Both the position numbers and the translations under genes were made by a program. From an uncultured cyanobacterium (GTDB lineage: Bacteria > Cyanobacteriota > Cyanobacteriia > Cyanobacteriales > CAWUOF01), in NCBI GenBank assembly GCA_963744145.1, contig CAVUSO010000001.1:4346943-4410942 (forward strand): a stretch of DNA of 64,000 nucleotides. The letters are read 5' to 3'. Below are positions 37,601-48,238 of this stretch, one piece after another; the stretch's first letter is position 1; each line of letters opens with the position of its first letter. The notes under the pieces were generated by a model. It saw only the letters and a list, made by a program, of their open reading frames with translations, was not told the DNA's origin and did no database searches.

Positions 37601-39549
37601 TTATCTTCCGTTAAATCTAATGAACTTAGGGCAGATTTTTCTGATTTTTCCGGACCACTGATTTCCAACAGTTCACTAAAATCTTGATCATCATCATCCG
37701 GAATACTTTCAATCGCTTCATTTAGAGAATTATCTCCAAATAAATCATCTGTTTCCCAGGAATTTACTAATTCTTCATCAGTTGAATTAGCATTTATTTC
37801 TGGTTCATCTGTCCATAGACCTTGCCAATTATTTTCACCGTTTGCACTGTCCTGATTTTCTAGCTCTAATTGACCAAAGCTATCATTATTTGCTGTTACC
37901 TCATCAGCAAACAAAGGTTCCTCTTCTGCTAAATCAGCAAATAATTGATTTAAAGGAGCTGAGTCAATTACCGTGTTTAAATCCTCTGAATTACTCTCTA
38001 ATTCTGACCATAAAATATTTTCTTCTTCCTGGGAATTTTCCGGCTCTGTCTCGATATCTAAAAGTGATAAATCTCCGAAATCTAATAACTCCGACTGGGT
38101 GTCGGTGAGATTTTCTAAATTTAAGTTTGGCTGTTGTTCTTCTGATTCAAGCATAAAATCCTCGTCAAACAAACTGGTTAATTCATCACTGGTTAGTTCT
38201 GGAGATACAGCGGATTGATTTAAACTATTTTCATCAAATAATAAATCAGCAAACTCATGATTAGCATCAAATTCGATTCCATCTTTTAAATCTAATTGTT
38301 GAGCCGTTTCCACCCTACTTTCTTCGGTCGTTTGTCGGTGATCTAGTTCTTCTGTTTCACTCCCAAATAAACTACTTAACGCATTGAGAACATCCATTTC
38401 CACTTCCGGTACTGCTGGATGTTCGTGTCTTTGGTTGACCTGGCTTTTTTCTGACGGTTGACCTAGTAATTCCATCTCTTTTCCATTTGCTAGTTCTAAA
38501 TCTAAATTTATTTTATTTTCTTCATAATTGACAATTTCATTTCCAAATAGATCAAGGCTATCTGGTGCCAAAAAGTCCTGATTTGGGGATTCATTCATAA
38601 ATGTTAATGTAGATGACTCTTCGTTTGATGGCATAAATTCAAGTAAGTCCTCAAAATTTAGATCCTCTGCTTCCGGCTCCCTATTTATTTCTGGGGGAAC
38701 TAGTTCTTGTAGTTGGGAGCTTTCTGATATTTCTGTCCAGCGACCAGCTAACACTAACTCTTGAGCTTGTTTAATATCTTGGAACACTGCTACTGCGATC
38801 GTCCGGTAGGTTTTTTCTTGATTCCCGATCGCTTTTTTCACAGTTTCCATTAAGTTTACCCATTGAGGAATTTCAAATTGCTCCCCAAATTGGTTTAAAG
38901 TATCACATATTTCTTGTAAGTGTTCTCTAGTATCGGTATTATCTGTTTGTTTAAACAGTTGCAACATCTCTCGTAATGCTTGGGTGACATCACTGCGAAA
39001 GATCAATTGGAGTGCACTCTCTTCTCCATATTCCGTTATTCTTTTACTCAGGTTAGTTTCTGCAACTAACTGAGCTGGTTTGGTTGAGCTAGATTTTTCA
39101 TTTTTGGTCGATTTCTGAGTCGATGGGGTTTTGACCAACGAATGGAGATGACTGACTAGCTCTTGTAAAACTGGTTCTACTTCGGTCAGTTTTTGGTTAG
39201 CTAACTCTTCACTCAGACCAAACTGACTTGCTAGTTGATCTACTAATTCTTGCAGAGTATCAAAAACTTGTAAAAATAGAGATTCTAGTCTTTGGTCTAC
39301 TTTAACTGGTTCTTCTTTGAGGATGCGAAAACAATCTTCTAAACTATGAGAAATAGCTTGAATACTTTTAATTCCCAACATCGCGGCTCCACCTTTGACT
39401 GAGTGGGCCGCTCGAAACACCTCATTCGCCATTTCTGGCTCTTCTAAGATGCTTTGGAGGTTGAGTAGACCTTGTTCGATCGTATTGAGATGATCTTTTG
39501 CTTCGTCAATAAAATATTTAGTAATTCTATCTTGCTCATCCGGTAACAT
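34651..39549 (-). CDS. hmpE: hybrid CheA histidine kinase of the Hmp/PilL type
   Basis: N-terminal Hpt (FRAAHSVKGGAAMLG), a ~650-aa acidic low-complexity linker, then CheA dimerisation/HATPase/CheW-like/REC. Confidence 0.85.
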   Translation of the reverse strand: MLPDEQDRITKYFIDEAKDHLNTIEQGLLNLQSILEEPEMANEVFRAAHSVKGGAAMLGIKSIQAISHSLEDCFRILKEEPVKVDQRLESLFLQVFDTLQELVDQLASQFGLSEELANQKLTEVEPVLQELVSHLHSLVKTPSTQKSTKNEKSSSTKPAQLVAETNLSKRITEYGEESALQLIFRSDVTQALREMLQLFKQTDNTDTREHLQEICDTLNQFGEQFEIPQWVNLMETVKKAIGNQEKTYRTIAVAVFQDIKQAQELVLAGRWTEISESSQLQELVPPEINREPEAEDLNFEDLLEFMPSNEESSTLTFMNESPNQDFLAPDSLDLFGNEIVNYEENKINLDLELANGKEMELLGQPSEKSQVNQRHEHPAVPEVEMDVLNALSSLFGSETEELDHRQTTEESRVETAQQLDLKDGIEFDANHEFADLLFDENSLNQSAVSPELTSDELTSLFDEDFMLESEEQQPNLNLENLTDTQSELLDFGDLSLLDIETEPENSQEEENILWSELESNSEDLNTVIDSAPLNQLFADLAEEEPLFADEVTANNDSFGQLELENQDSANGENNWQGLWTDEPEINANSTDEELVNSWETDDLFGDNSLNEAIESIPDDDDQDFSELLEISGPEKSEKSALSSLDLTEDNQDEIALEIDQIDASENWLEDTQEQESKDLSWLELTEETEDKSELNDLFSWEISDSAQTNPTPEPEADFSFFPETSLESESPSSLELIEFENENSTEISSELAVDDLFAVDLGADESLTDSFFDFDEPQEESDESEPELTLNFADQIDDLFAGQETSELPDNWLTDTPTEMGADLWEFPHQDELVLPEQTAEISLDDLISSELDIDQPVDVSSESLHLTIDSEKELNGAQFAELEALLANQPVDSNIFAELEKLLGVEKSTTSNRETTRAKETVKPKTEQATPVITTTAKPKADQNEWGDMEKLLDERGETKVQGRPRSAQARPNKQFNEQIMKVPVKQLDNMSNLVGELVVNRNSLEQDQERLRQFLDNLLVQVSQLSDVSQRMQDLYERSLLEISLLASRKAPRGPAFRGEKSNSNQEAAGNHGSDWDVLEMDRFTPFHSLSQEIIELMVRVRESAADIEFLVDEADQVTRQLRQVTTQLQEGLTRSRMEPFMQISNMLERGCRKVAGENGKQAELRIEGKDTLIDKMILEKLTDPLTHLMNNAIAHGIEPPEARVAKGKPPIGRITIRAFHQGNQTVIAFSDDGAGIDIERVKVKAMEKRLITPEQAKTMSRLDVYDILFHPGFSTNDEVNSISGRGVGMNVVLDNVNKIRGVINTDSTMGKGTTFTIRLPLTLSISKALCCISDKARIAFPMDGVEDIIKISKERIKVNAENQPCIPWRDQQMPFQPLKELLAYNRYIGRGSIYGGASNDEETIDVIVLRSAGTFLAVQVDQAMGEQEIVIKQLEGPVPKPVGIAGATVMGDGRIVPIADVLELIDLALGRIRREDRRMWEQDHIQMQSEAAEDHKAEPTVLIVDDSITVRELLSMTFNKAGYRVEQARDGQEAWEKLRSGLPCDIVFCDIEMPRMDGLELLSRLQKDPQLSELPIAMLTSRGADKHRQMAIQMGANGYFTKPYLEEALLDAASRMLKGEVLVGSASAT

Positions 39550-39730
39550 GGTATGATCCTTAGTTAAATATTAAACCGGCACCTAGCTGGAATTTATGCT
39601 GTGTTGTGAGGCAACGAAAACAAAAACATTCGGAGTGAAACCACAAGTAGGGATTTAGCGCTACCTGCACCCCAAGCCGATTCAGGTTTTGAGATCACCA
39701 CACATTTTGATTACTACCAATATTATATTA

Positions 39731-42703
39731 TTATTGACGGTCAGCTATGTCCACCCGGAACCGTTCTACCGAAGTCAGTAAATCTCGCGCCACACCTACC
39801 AGGTTTTGTAAAGCACCAGACACCCGTTGTGCTTCTTGAGAAGTTTCTTGAGCTGTTAATTCTACAGCTTGCATTACCGAAGCAACTGCTCGTGAGGTTT
39901 CACTTTGCTCCACGGTATCAGCAGTAATCGATCGCACCAGCACGTCAATCCGATTTGATACTTTAATGATATCTTCCAGAGCGCGTTTGGCTTGTTCAGC
40001 CCGTTTGGTCCCTTCAATTACCTGCTGGGTCCCTTCTTCCATGGCCATCATTACTTGGCCAGTTTCACTTTGGATTTGCATGACTATTTGTTCGATTTCT
40101 TTTAAAGCTTTGGCGGAACGATCGGCCAATTGTCGAACTTCATCCGCAACCACTGCAAACCCCCGACCGGCTTCTCCAGCCCGAGCTGCTTCAATACTAG
40201 CATTCAGAGCGAGCAAGTTAGTCCGAGAAGCGATCGCGGCGATTAAAGCCACAATCTTGGCAATTTCTTGGGTCGATTCGGCTAACCGTTTAACTTTTCT
40301 AGTCGTTTCTGCTACTGTTTCTCGAATTTCTAAAATCCCAGCCACCGTGCGTTCAACTGCCTCACCCCCTTTAATCGCCGTTGAAGAAGCCGAACGAGCT
40401 ACTTCTTCCGTTTCCCGAGCATTATCAGCCACCCGTTGAATCAAGTCGGTCATCACCTGCACGGAATTGAGGGTAGCAGCTAATTCTTCTGCTTGTCGTA
40501 AAGCGTCTGAGGACAAACCGCGAGCAAAAGTTTCACTATCGGCGGCTCCTTTAGCTACTTGACGGGCAGCGGTTTTCACTTGTTGGACAATTTCTCGCAG
40601 GTTTTGAATGGTCAAGTTAAAGGAATCAGCTACAGCTCCTAAAACGTCTGCGGTCACTTCAGCTTGAACGGTCAAATCTCCTCTAGCTGCACCTTCTACG
40701 TCATCTAGGAGACGAATCACCTGACGTTGTAAGTCTTCTTTAGCTTGTTCTTGGTCCGCAGCTTTGCGTTGTAACTCGCTCATGGTGGTAAACATCACCC
40801 GAGACATATTGTTAAATTTCTGAGAGAGTTGACCGAATTCATCCTCCGCGTAAACGGTAGAATGGGCTTTGAGATCACCTTGAGATACGGCATCAAATTG
40901 GGCTTGCAAATCATCCGTCGTGCGTTTAATTTGTTTGGTAGTCATATATCCCAAACCTAGGCTCGTGCCAAAACTAGCGATCCCTGCTGCCAGAGCCATA
41001 ATGCCGCCAGTTTGGCGCAACTGTAAAATTATGTCTGCTTTGCCTTGTTGATAAGCATTACTAGCGGCAAACCAACTGACAAAACCAACACTGATTAATG
41101 AGATTACTCCAGTTGTCCCCGCCGAGATCATTTGTTTAGTGGTCAGCGGTGCATTTTCAAAAAAGGCAAAAAAACCTTGTTCCACAGTAGTTGCTGGTTC
41201 CGCATCCCCACTATCTAGGTGAGTAAAAGTCGGCAGTGGGGTACTTTCGCTACTCCCAGCAATACTAAATACTTCTTCATCACGAATGGCCGAGCGATCG
41301 CTAATATCCCCGAAATCCGATCCCCCTTGATAGACACTTTTGGTCGCACCAGTGGATAAACCAAAACCAGAGTGACTGTTACCCAAACTAGAACTTAGGT
41401 TTGAGCCACTTTGCATATCGCCAGATATATCGTACAAATCTACATCTTGGAGATTGCCGAGATCGTCAAATTCATCAAATTCGTTGTTTTCCAGAAATCC
41501 ACTATGGGCGGCATTACCTGAAACGGGAAATCCACTCGTGCTAGCATTACTACCAGTAGCGCCGCTCCCAAAGGCATCATCACTGAAACTAGCATCATCA
41601 AATTCATCTAAATCAAAACTATCTGTAGGATTAAATCCGTTTTGAGCTGAGGGAGCTACCAAAGTTAAGTCAGATTGATCAACCAGGTTTTGGGGGCGTG
41701 ATGGCTGATAAGTATTAGGATTTTGGCTTTTCGACCTAATTGCTTCTGTTGGTGCTTCTTCTAGTTCTTCTGCACCCATAAACAGAGTTGCATCTGCACT
41801 TTCTTGGTATTCATTCAGACTAAAATCAGAGTCTTCTAAATTGTCATAGTTTTCTGGTGGCAGATCCGGCTCGGGAGTAGCTGTCACGGGTTCATCTTGC
41901 CAGTCCATCGGGGCAAAGGATTCTTCATCAAACTCATCAATGGGGTTTGATAACAGATCATATTCCTCATCGGTTGAGGTGCTAAAGGGTGATGATTCTA
42001 CCTGGGCATGACCATTTCCTGTTGGTCGATTCACACTCGAGAAAGTAATATCTTCAGCTGCAAAAATCTGCTGAGTTTGCTCGTCATCCTGGGGCTGAAA
42101 TTGACCTGCGGCAAAAGGATCTTCAAAATGATCGGCGGAATCTGAATTGAGATCATATTCTTCTGTACTATCATGCTGATGGTCAAATGGGTTAGTAAAT
42201 GCCTGAGAGCCACTATCCTCTTGATGATTAGCCAAATTGGCGGTGCTAAACATTTCTGTTGGACCATCTAAATCCACTTCTCCCAGGTTAAAGTCACTAT
42301 TTGGGTTGTAATACTCTCCCTGGTCAGTCTCAGCTTGTGGATATAAGGAAATGTCTTGGTCATCCATCAGCGGTTCGCTATCATATTCTGATTGCATATA
42401 TGCTTCTGGATCGGCCAAGTCACCGTTCTGATATTGTTCAGCGTAGGCTAAACCGTTGTTGGCATAATCAACAAATTCTGGCTCGCCCGTCAGTTTTAGC
42501 ACAGTTTGATACTCACTGCTAGCCACATCAAATTGTTGTAGCCCATAGCAATAAATATGACCTCGCAATAAATGAATTGATGGGTCATTTGGGCTATCGG
42601 TGACTAACTGATCTACAATTTCTGCGGCTTCCTCATAATTTTGCTGGATATAAGCTGTTTCCGCCCGCCGATAGTCTTGTTCATAAGTTGTGCTTGATGC
42701 CAT
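39731..42703 (-). CDS. hmpD: methyl-accepting chemotaxis protein of the HmpD/PilJ type
   Basis: TPR-like N-terminus, an acidic disordered region, two TM segments, HAMP, and the MCP signalling domain ([28 protein letters not shown]). Confidence 0.85.
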   Translation of the reverse strand: MASSTTYEQDYRRAETAYIQQNYEEAAEIVDQLVTDSPNDPSIHLLRGHIYCYGLQQFDVASSEYQTVLKLTGEPEFVDYANNGLAYAEQYQNGDLADPEAYMQSEYDSEPLMDDQDISLYPQAETDQGEYYNPNSDFNLGEVDLDGPTEMFSTANLANHQEDSGSQAFTNPFDHQHDSTEEYDLNSDSADHFEDPFAAGQFQPQDDEQTQQIFAAEDITFSSVNRPTGNGHAQVESSPFSTSTDEEYDLLSNPIDEFDEESFAPMDWQDEPVTATPEPDLPPENYDNLEDSDFSLNEYQESADATLFMGAEELEEAPTEAIRSKSQNPNTYQPSRPQNLVDQSDLTLVAPSAQNGFNPTDSFDLDEFDDASFSDDAFGSGATGSNASTSGFPVSGNAAHSGFLENNEFDEFDDLGNLQDVDLYDISGDMQSGSNLSSSLGNSHSGFGLSTGATKSVYQGGSDFGDISDRSAIRDEEVFSIAGSSESTPLPTFTHLDSGDAEPATTVEQGFFAFFENAPLTTKQMISAGTTGVISLISVGFVSWFAASNAYQQGKADIILQLRQTGGIMALAAGIASFGTSLGLGYMTTKQIKRTTDDLQAQFDAVSQGDLKAHSTVYAEDEFGQLSQKFNNMSRVMFTTMSELQRKAADQEQAKEDLQRQVIRLLDDVEGAARGDLTVQAEVTADVLGAVADSFNLTIQNLREIVQQVKTAARQVAKGAADSETFARGLSSDALRQAEELAATLNSVQVMTDLIQRVADNARETEEVARSASSTAIKGGEAVERTVAGILEIRETVAETTRKVKRLAESTQEIAKIVALIAAIASRTNLLALNASIEAARAGEAGRGFAVVADEVRQLADRSAKALKEIEQIVMQIQSETGQVMMAMEEGTQQVIEGTKRAEQAKRALEDIIKVSNRIDVLVRSITADTVEQSETSRAVASVMQAVELTAQETSQEAQRVSGALQNLVGVARDLLTSVERFRVDIADRQ

Positions 42704-42888
42704 TTGCCTGCTCCTGAGTAGTACACTACTTATACTGAGTAATAGTAAACATTCATTCTGGATTTAATTTTTGTCAGTTAGTTCAGCAGTTGGCCGTAGA
42801 CAAGCTTCCTGATCAGGCTGCTTGTCCCTAACGGCTCATCCTGATTCTTCTGCCCAGTTTTTGCCCTAAAAAAAAGCGATCGCTGAGT

Positions 42889-43464
42889 TTATGCTCCCCA
42901 GCGGGCCGAACTAATAATCGCCGTTTGATCTAATAATCTAAGAAACCGGCCTTCTTTTTCGTCTAACAACCACTCACCTCGGAGGAATGGTTCCATACTA
43001 TCCGGGACATTGGTGGGTCTTTGGACTTGCTCGCTATCAAGCCAATCCATCCCCACAATCCGGTCCACGGCTAAACCTAATAATCTGTCTTGATCTTCGA
43101 CGGCAATGACCGGAATTTCGGTACGGTCTGTACTTAATGCCGCTGTATCGCCTAAAAATTGACCCAAATCGGCTACCCAGATGACTCGACCTCGGACATT
43201 TAGGGTGCCTAAGAGTAAGCCAGACACATTGGGAATTGGGGTAATTCGATCTGGTGCTGGCGAAATTACTTCGCGAATTCCTGTGGCCGGCAGGGCAAAT
43301 TCTGTGCCCGATGGGACATAAAACCGCAAGTGTAATTCACCTTCTGGGCTGTCCAATTCCTGGAATTCTGAGGCTAAATCTGGGATTTGGCCGGTGGGAA
43401 AATCTGGATTGCCTATCATTACCAGTAAACCTTTAACCTCTGAGAAGTTGTTTGACTGTGCCAA
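42889..43464 (-). CDS. hmpC: CheW-like coupling protein
   Basis: CheW fold sequence (LRFYVPSGTEFALPATGIREV...RGRVIWVADL). The start may be the internal Met at 43419, which would avoid the overlap with hmpB. Confidence 0.8.
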   Translation of the reverse strand: MAQSNNFSEVKGLLVMIGNPDFPTGQIPDLASEFQELDSPEGELHLRFYVPSGTEFALPATGIREVISPAPDRITPIPNVSGLLLGTLNVRGRVIWVADLGQFLGDTAALSTDRTEIPVIAVEDQDRLLGLAVDRIVGMDWLDSEQVQRPTNVPDSMEPFLRGEWLLDEKEGRFLRLLDQTAIISSARWGA

Positions 43465-43798
43465 CTAGCTCCGGGGGCTGGAAAGGTTTGGCAATATAAG
43501 CATCTGCCCCTTGCTTCATACCCCAATAGCGATCGAATTCTTCCCCTTTGGAAGAACACATGACCACTGGTACACCCTGGGTCTTAGGATCGGCTTTCAG
43601 TCGGCGACAGACTTCATAGCCGTTCATTCTCGGCATCACTATATCCAGAATCACTAAGTCAGGACAATCACCTTGGATTTGTTCTAAGGCTTCGACGCCA
43701 TCACTGGCTTCGGTGACTGTTAGCCCACAGCCACGGAGGAGGTTTGAGATCATCTCCCGTTGCGTCACACTGTCTTCCACCACTAGCACTCTATTCAT
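43433..43798 (-). CDS. hmpB: CheY-like single-domain response regulator
   Basis: 121 aa with VLVVEDS, DLVILDIVMPRMNG and KP motifs. Confidence 0.85.
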   Translation of the reverse strand: MNRVLVVEDSVTQREMISNLLRGCGLTVTEASDGVEALEQIQGDCPDLVILDIVMPRMNGYEVCRRLKADPKTQGVPVVMCSSKGEEFDRYWGMKQGADAYIAKPFQPPELVGTVKQLLRG

Positions 43799-44156
43799 CG
43801 CTCCCTACCTGAACAGTTCGCTGGCAACTCTAACGGTAAAGATCCCCATTATGTACATAATTATCTCCTTGAAATCGCTACTGTTGGGCAGGGAAGGAAT
43901 AAATTAAACTGGTGGATGTCTGACGGGGCGATCGCTAGGTTCTGGCCAGTGGCGATGCAGAAGTTGGGACTCTCGTTGGCTCAATACCAAGTCGTCGGCT
44001 AATGCTGATCACCCTGATCTTCTCTGGCGGCCACTTTCCTGGGGCAGACAAACCGTTTTTTATTGAATAAGTATATTAATATTATATTTTGACCTGAAAA
44101 CGTGAAGTTAGATCTAACTATTTACTTATTCGCGCCACTAAGATATCAATAATAAC

Positions 44157-45464
44157 TTAATCACTCAGATTTGTCTCTAATTTTGTTGCCAAGCTATCAT
44201 CATTGTCTGTTGCTGATAAAGGAGTGGGGGCTTTTCCTGGGCCAACATATTTTTCTACCAACATCAATAACTCATTTTCTCCAAATGGCTTAGTCAGGTA
44301 GTTCGTTGAGCCGACCATCCGGGCTTTTACCCGATCAATAAATCCATCTTTACCAGTGAGCATGATGATGGGTGTTTGTCGAAATGCAGTTGAGCGTCTG
44401 AGCATCGCACAAATTTCATAGCCATCAAGTTCTCGCATTGCGATATCACACAAAATTAAATCTGGCTTGAGCTGAAAAACTAAACTCAATGCTTTCAGTG
44501 GATTGCTCAATGCTGTCACTTCATAACCATGTTCTTTGAGAATATATTCAACAGTTTTGCCAATTGATCTGTCATCATCAATGCAAACAATTCTCGGAAT
44601 CTTTGTTTCTCTCCATAATCCAAAATCGCGTTTATTTGCTGCCGCTAATTCTGCCTCTGGGTAAAATAGTTGTACTAATCCAAGCTGGACAAAAGGATAA
44701 ATCGCACGCGCTACAGTTAAAATATCTCGGCTTAAATAGCGGGCCATCTGGCGGAGGGAAGTTTTACCATCAGCCCAATGTTTCAAGGTTTTAAAGGTAT
44801 TTTCTGGTAAAGCTGAACGCAACTGGACTGCATCTGAGATCACTGGACATTGGGTCGGGGACTGGATGTGAGGATGAAATTGTTTCCATTCTTGCACCTG
44901 GGTCATAATCTTGGCGACTAATGGGCCAATCTCTAAGGTAGTTAGTTGTGGTGCTAAAGGGGAACCGATTTCAAACACAAAGGTGCCTTGGTGCAGACTG
45001 AGTAAATCAAATAGGGTCTCATGGACCATGCTTTTGATGATGGTACGTCCTTGGGCTGGAGTAATTATATAATTCTCTAGTAGGGTCCAAAGGTAGCCAT
45101 ATTCTAGTGCATTGGTCGAAGCAATTGCTGGTTTTTCAATCTGATCCAGGGTGGCTTCAGCTTTGTACCGATGTAAATAATCGCGCAGACGCGATAAACT
45201 GTTACCCCCATCACCAGCATAAACAATTTGACCATTAAAAAAAAACACAAACCATGATTGTTCCTGAGGTCGAATTCGTGGTTCGCGGGGCAATCCTCGG
45301 ACAGAACTGCGGATCATCGTTTCCCGTAATGGTAAAGAATCACTACTTCCAACGATTCCTAAGTGCGAACTATAAGCTTCCACAAACAGTTCACCGGTTC
45401 GCTGACCTAATTCAATCAGTTGCAGGATGCTGCGGATATCGATTTCACTCAAATTTCCCTGCAT
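44157..45464 (-). CDS. hmpA: PatA-type response regulator (PATAN/DUF4388 + REC)
   Basis: N-terminal GNLSEIDIRSILQLIELGQRTGELFVE (DUF4388) and a C-terminal REC (IVCIDDD...DLILCDIAMRELDG). Confidence 0.8.
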   Translation of the reverse strand: MQGNLSEIDIRSILQLIELGQRTGELFVEAYSSHLGIVGSSDSLPLRETMIRSSVRGLPREPRIRPQEQSWFVFFFNGQIVYAGDGGNSLSRLRDYLHRYKAEATLDQIEKPAIASTNALEYGYLWTLLENYIITPAQGRTIIKSMVHETLFDLLSLHQGTFVFEIGSPLAPQLTTLEIGPLVAKIMTQVQEWKQFHPHIQSPTQCPVISDAVQLRSALPENTFKTLKHWADGKTSLRQMARYLSRDILTVARAIYPFVQLGLVQLFYPEAELAAANKRDFGLWRETKIPRIVCIDDDRSIGKTVEYILKEHGYEVTALSNPLKALSLVFQLKPDLILCDIAMRELDGYEICAMLRRSTAFRQTPIIMLTGKDGFIDRVKARMVGSTNYLTKPFGENELLMLVEKYVGPGKAPTPLSATDNDDSLATKLETNLSD

Positions 45465-46347
45465 GCACCTAAAATACTCTCCTCAGAATAGTTTGATGTG
45501 AATATATAAATGTCTCATGCTTGCTAGTATGACAAAAATTACACTTAATCGCGTTAATTTTGACGGCAATTTAGCAATTGCAACTGGCCGAGCAGAAATT
45601 GCTATGTTATAATTTTATACTTTACTACCTATTCCTAAATAACGATTCTGGTTCATGATCATCCTATGGCTTTTGCTAATTGTTCGGTGGAGACCTACAC
45701 TGGGGCAAAAATTTCCGCGCGATCTGATGTTTCCCTTTCTGGTGACTTGGCTGTCTGCCCTCAGCCGAGCCGCAGGATTTGGTGCGGCTTGTTCAGAAAA
45801 TCTATTTTTACCCAACTTTTGTAAAGAAAAATAACGTTTTTATGACTTAATTTTTAGAGCTAGGCAAAGACTTAAAATATCATCGGTTCAACATAAATGA
45901 GAATAAATTACCGTGCAACTGATTAGCTATTTTCCAGTTTGGTTGACGGTCGGGAAACTAACACGATCGCGAACAAATTTTCAGGCTGAGGAGAGCTAAA
46001 GCAGTTGATCAACTGCTGGACTAATTATCACAGATCACACCCCCGTCGGAGTCAGATCCGGCTCAAATAATCCTAAAAGTTGCCCGAGCAACTGGTAAAA
46101 AGAGTATATATGGTCATAAATAGCGGTATCAAGCACAATAAAATATAATCTCAACCAGACCAAAAGGAGGGAAGGCCAAAAAATGAGTGAGTAGCCATGT
46201 TAGTTGCTACTCGCGCAGGAAGTGGCAAAATAGCGGTAAGCTTCAAATTTAGTTTAGATTAATTAGGGCTTAAATCAATCTGCCCCCAGGGTGGCGGGAA
46301 AAAATCAATAAATTATTAGGCATAGACATATCAAGAGGACAAGTATT

Positions 46348-48018
46348 GTGCTATATCTAGCGGAAGTACAAAAAAAAGCAAGTGGATTTTTGGGTAGCAG
46401 TGCGAAGGCCGAATTAAAGCTGCTAGCACTACAACGAAATGACCAAAGTTGGAGTGCTGTACCTGGAGAAGAACTGGTGGTAGCACCTGAGGAAGCTAAT
46501 AATTTAGGTAATGGGGCAATAGTATTAGTGGAACTCGGGAATAATAAGCAAGTACAGCGGATTGAGCAAAGCCGTCAGTTAGTAAATATTTTGCAAAATT
46601 TTTCCAAACAGCAAGAAAAAGTCAAAACTCAGGAAGAAGAAATTGAACAGTGGAAACAATCCCTGACTTATCAAAGTCAAGAACTCAATCGTCGTGAAAT
46701 GGAAATGGAAGCGGAGCGAGACCAGCTCGAAGAATTGAAAAAAGAAGTCGAAAGACTACCTGAACAACGTCAAGAAATTGATCATGCTCGGGATGAAGTG
46801 AATCGACTTCGGGAAGAGAGCGATCGCAAAAGTCAAGAACTAGAAGGTGCTTGGCAACAACTACGCAATGAAATGCAACGTTTAGAGCAACAACAAACCC
46901 AGTTACAGCAATCCTCAAGTCTTAATCAAGAACAATCTGGGCAGCTTCAGGAATTAATTAATCAGTTATTAGGTGCGATCGCACCTGGTGACTTGGTGAG
47001 AGAAGAATTAAATATCGTGTTTGAAATTCTGAATGCCCAACAAGGGATTATGGATCGGCACTGGCACGAATGGGAGCCAAAGCACGCTCAAGCTGAACAA
47101 ATGCAAAAAGAAGTAGATGAGCAAGCCCAAGTGATTCCCCAGCGTTGGCAAGAATGGTATCAAACTCAAGCATCTTTAGAGCAAGCTCGTTTAGAGTTGA
47201 AAGTCCAGCAAAATACGTTCCATCTGATGGAAGCAAGAGCGCAGAAATTAAGAGAGGAAATTGAAACTCAGAAAAGTTTACAGGTAGCGGTTTCTCAGCT
47301 AGCAAATGCCACGACTATTCATAGCAATAATGGTAATCATGGTGATGTGGAAGCTTTTGAGAAAATGCCGCTAGACCAGCTCCAGGGAAAAGTGCAAGAA
47401 CTGGAGCGGGAATGGGAAAATATGTTTAATTTTGTCCATGCTCAGGAAGAAGAATTGGCAGAATTAAAGAATGAACCTGAAAGTTACGAAATGCTCAATC
47501 GTACTCTAGAAGGTCAGCGTCGGAGTTTACGGGAAAAAGAAGAAATTCTAAATCAGTATCAATGTGTACTATGGAAACGCCAAGGTCGCAATTTTGGTGG
47601 AAATCAAAGTGTCAGTATTGATATTAGTCCAGTTTTAGGAGAAATCGAAAAACAGTTCCAGCACCAAACCGAGGAATTACAGAATTTAGAAAACCAAATT
47701 CAGCAGTTAAAACCAAGTCTTGAGGAAGAACAAAGAAAAATTGAACAACAAACTACAGAACAGGAAGCAAAGCGCAATGAATTAAAGGAATTAGAACAGA
47801 ATTGGCACAATCAAAAAGTAGCTGTAGGGGAAATTTGGAGTAAGTTGAATTTGTATCAAGATTTGTTACAACCAGCTCAAGATCGGGTAAATGAAATTAG
47901 ACAAAAATTGGAAGCAATGTCTGGAGTAGTACAGCAAGTGCAAGAGTCCGGTGGGACTCAACATCAGGCGATCGCTCAGATCCAAACAATAATTTCTAGT
48001 CTCACAAAAGCTGGCTGA
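46348..48018 (+). CDS. hmpF: HmpF-like coiled-coil regulator of type IV pilus motility
   Basis: Divergent from hmpA. The conserved N-terminus is MLYLAEVQKK...ELKLLALQRNDQSW, followed by ~450 aa of Q/E-rich coiled coil. GTG start. Confidence 0.7.
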   Translation: MLYLAEVQKKASGFLGSSAKAELKLLALQRNDQSWSAVPGEELVVAPEEANNLGNGAIVLVELGNNKQVQRIEQSRQLVNILQNFSKQQEKVKTQEEEIEQWKQSLTYQSQELNRREMEMEAERDQLEELKKEVERLPEQRQEIDHARDEVNRLREESDRKSQELEGAWQQLRNEMQRLEQQQTQLQQSSSLNQEQSGQLQELINQLLGAIAPGDLVREELNIVFEILNAQQGIMDRHWHEWEPKHAQAEQMQKEVDEQAQVIPQRWQEWYQTQASLEQARLELKVQQNTFHLMEARAQKLREEIETQKSLQVAVSQLANATTIHSNNGNHGDVEAFEKMPLDQLQGKVQELEREWENMFNFVHAQEEELAELKNEPESYEMLNRTLEGQRRSLREKEEILNQYQCVLWKRQGRNFGGNQSVSIDISPVLGEIEKQFQHQTEELQNLENQIQQLKPSLEEEQRKIEQQTTEQEAKRNELKELEQNWHNQKVAVGEIWSKLNLYQDLLQPAQDRVNEIRQKLEAMSGVVQQVQESGGTQHQAIAQIQTIISSLTKAG

Positions 48019-48074
48019 TTTTAACTAAATCGCGAGCAGTCCCACAGGGTATGAAGAAGGTGCAAAGCGCCCAT

Positions 48075-48103
48075 GTACGGGCGCAAGAGCAATCGACCCG
48101 TAC
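48075..48103. repeat. GTACGGGCGCAAGAGC...CCCGTAC hairpin, related to the GTAGGGGCGCAAGAGCC repeat at 1336-1390
   Basis: 7-bp stem, 57 nt after the hmpF stop. Confidence 0.4.
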
Positions 48104-48238
48104 TTCTTTCAGCGTCCAGGTTTGTTCACATATCCACTTCTAGTTCTGGCAAGATATAGTTAATCAATAAGTATAGCCCGTCTAGACGGGCTTATATTAC
48201 TATAGGGATTTTTGGTAGTAAAACTGGTTGGATCAACC

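Noticed and set aside
35483-41645. Several 60-160-aa plus-strand ORFs inside hmpE and hmpD (for example 35483..35959 and 39966..40439)
   Set aside because: They are antisense to long, well-supported minus-strand genes, and their Ser/Ala/Arg-rich composition is typical of shadow frames.
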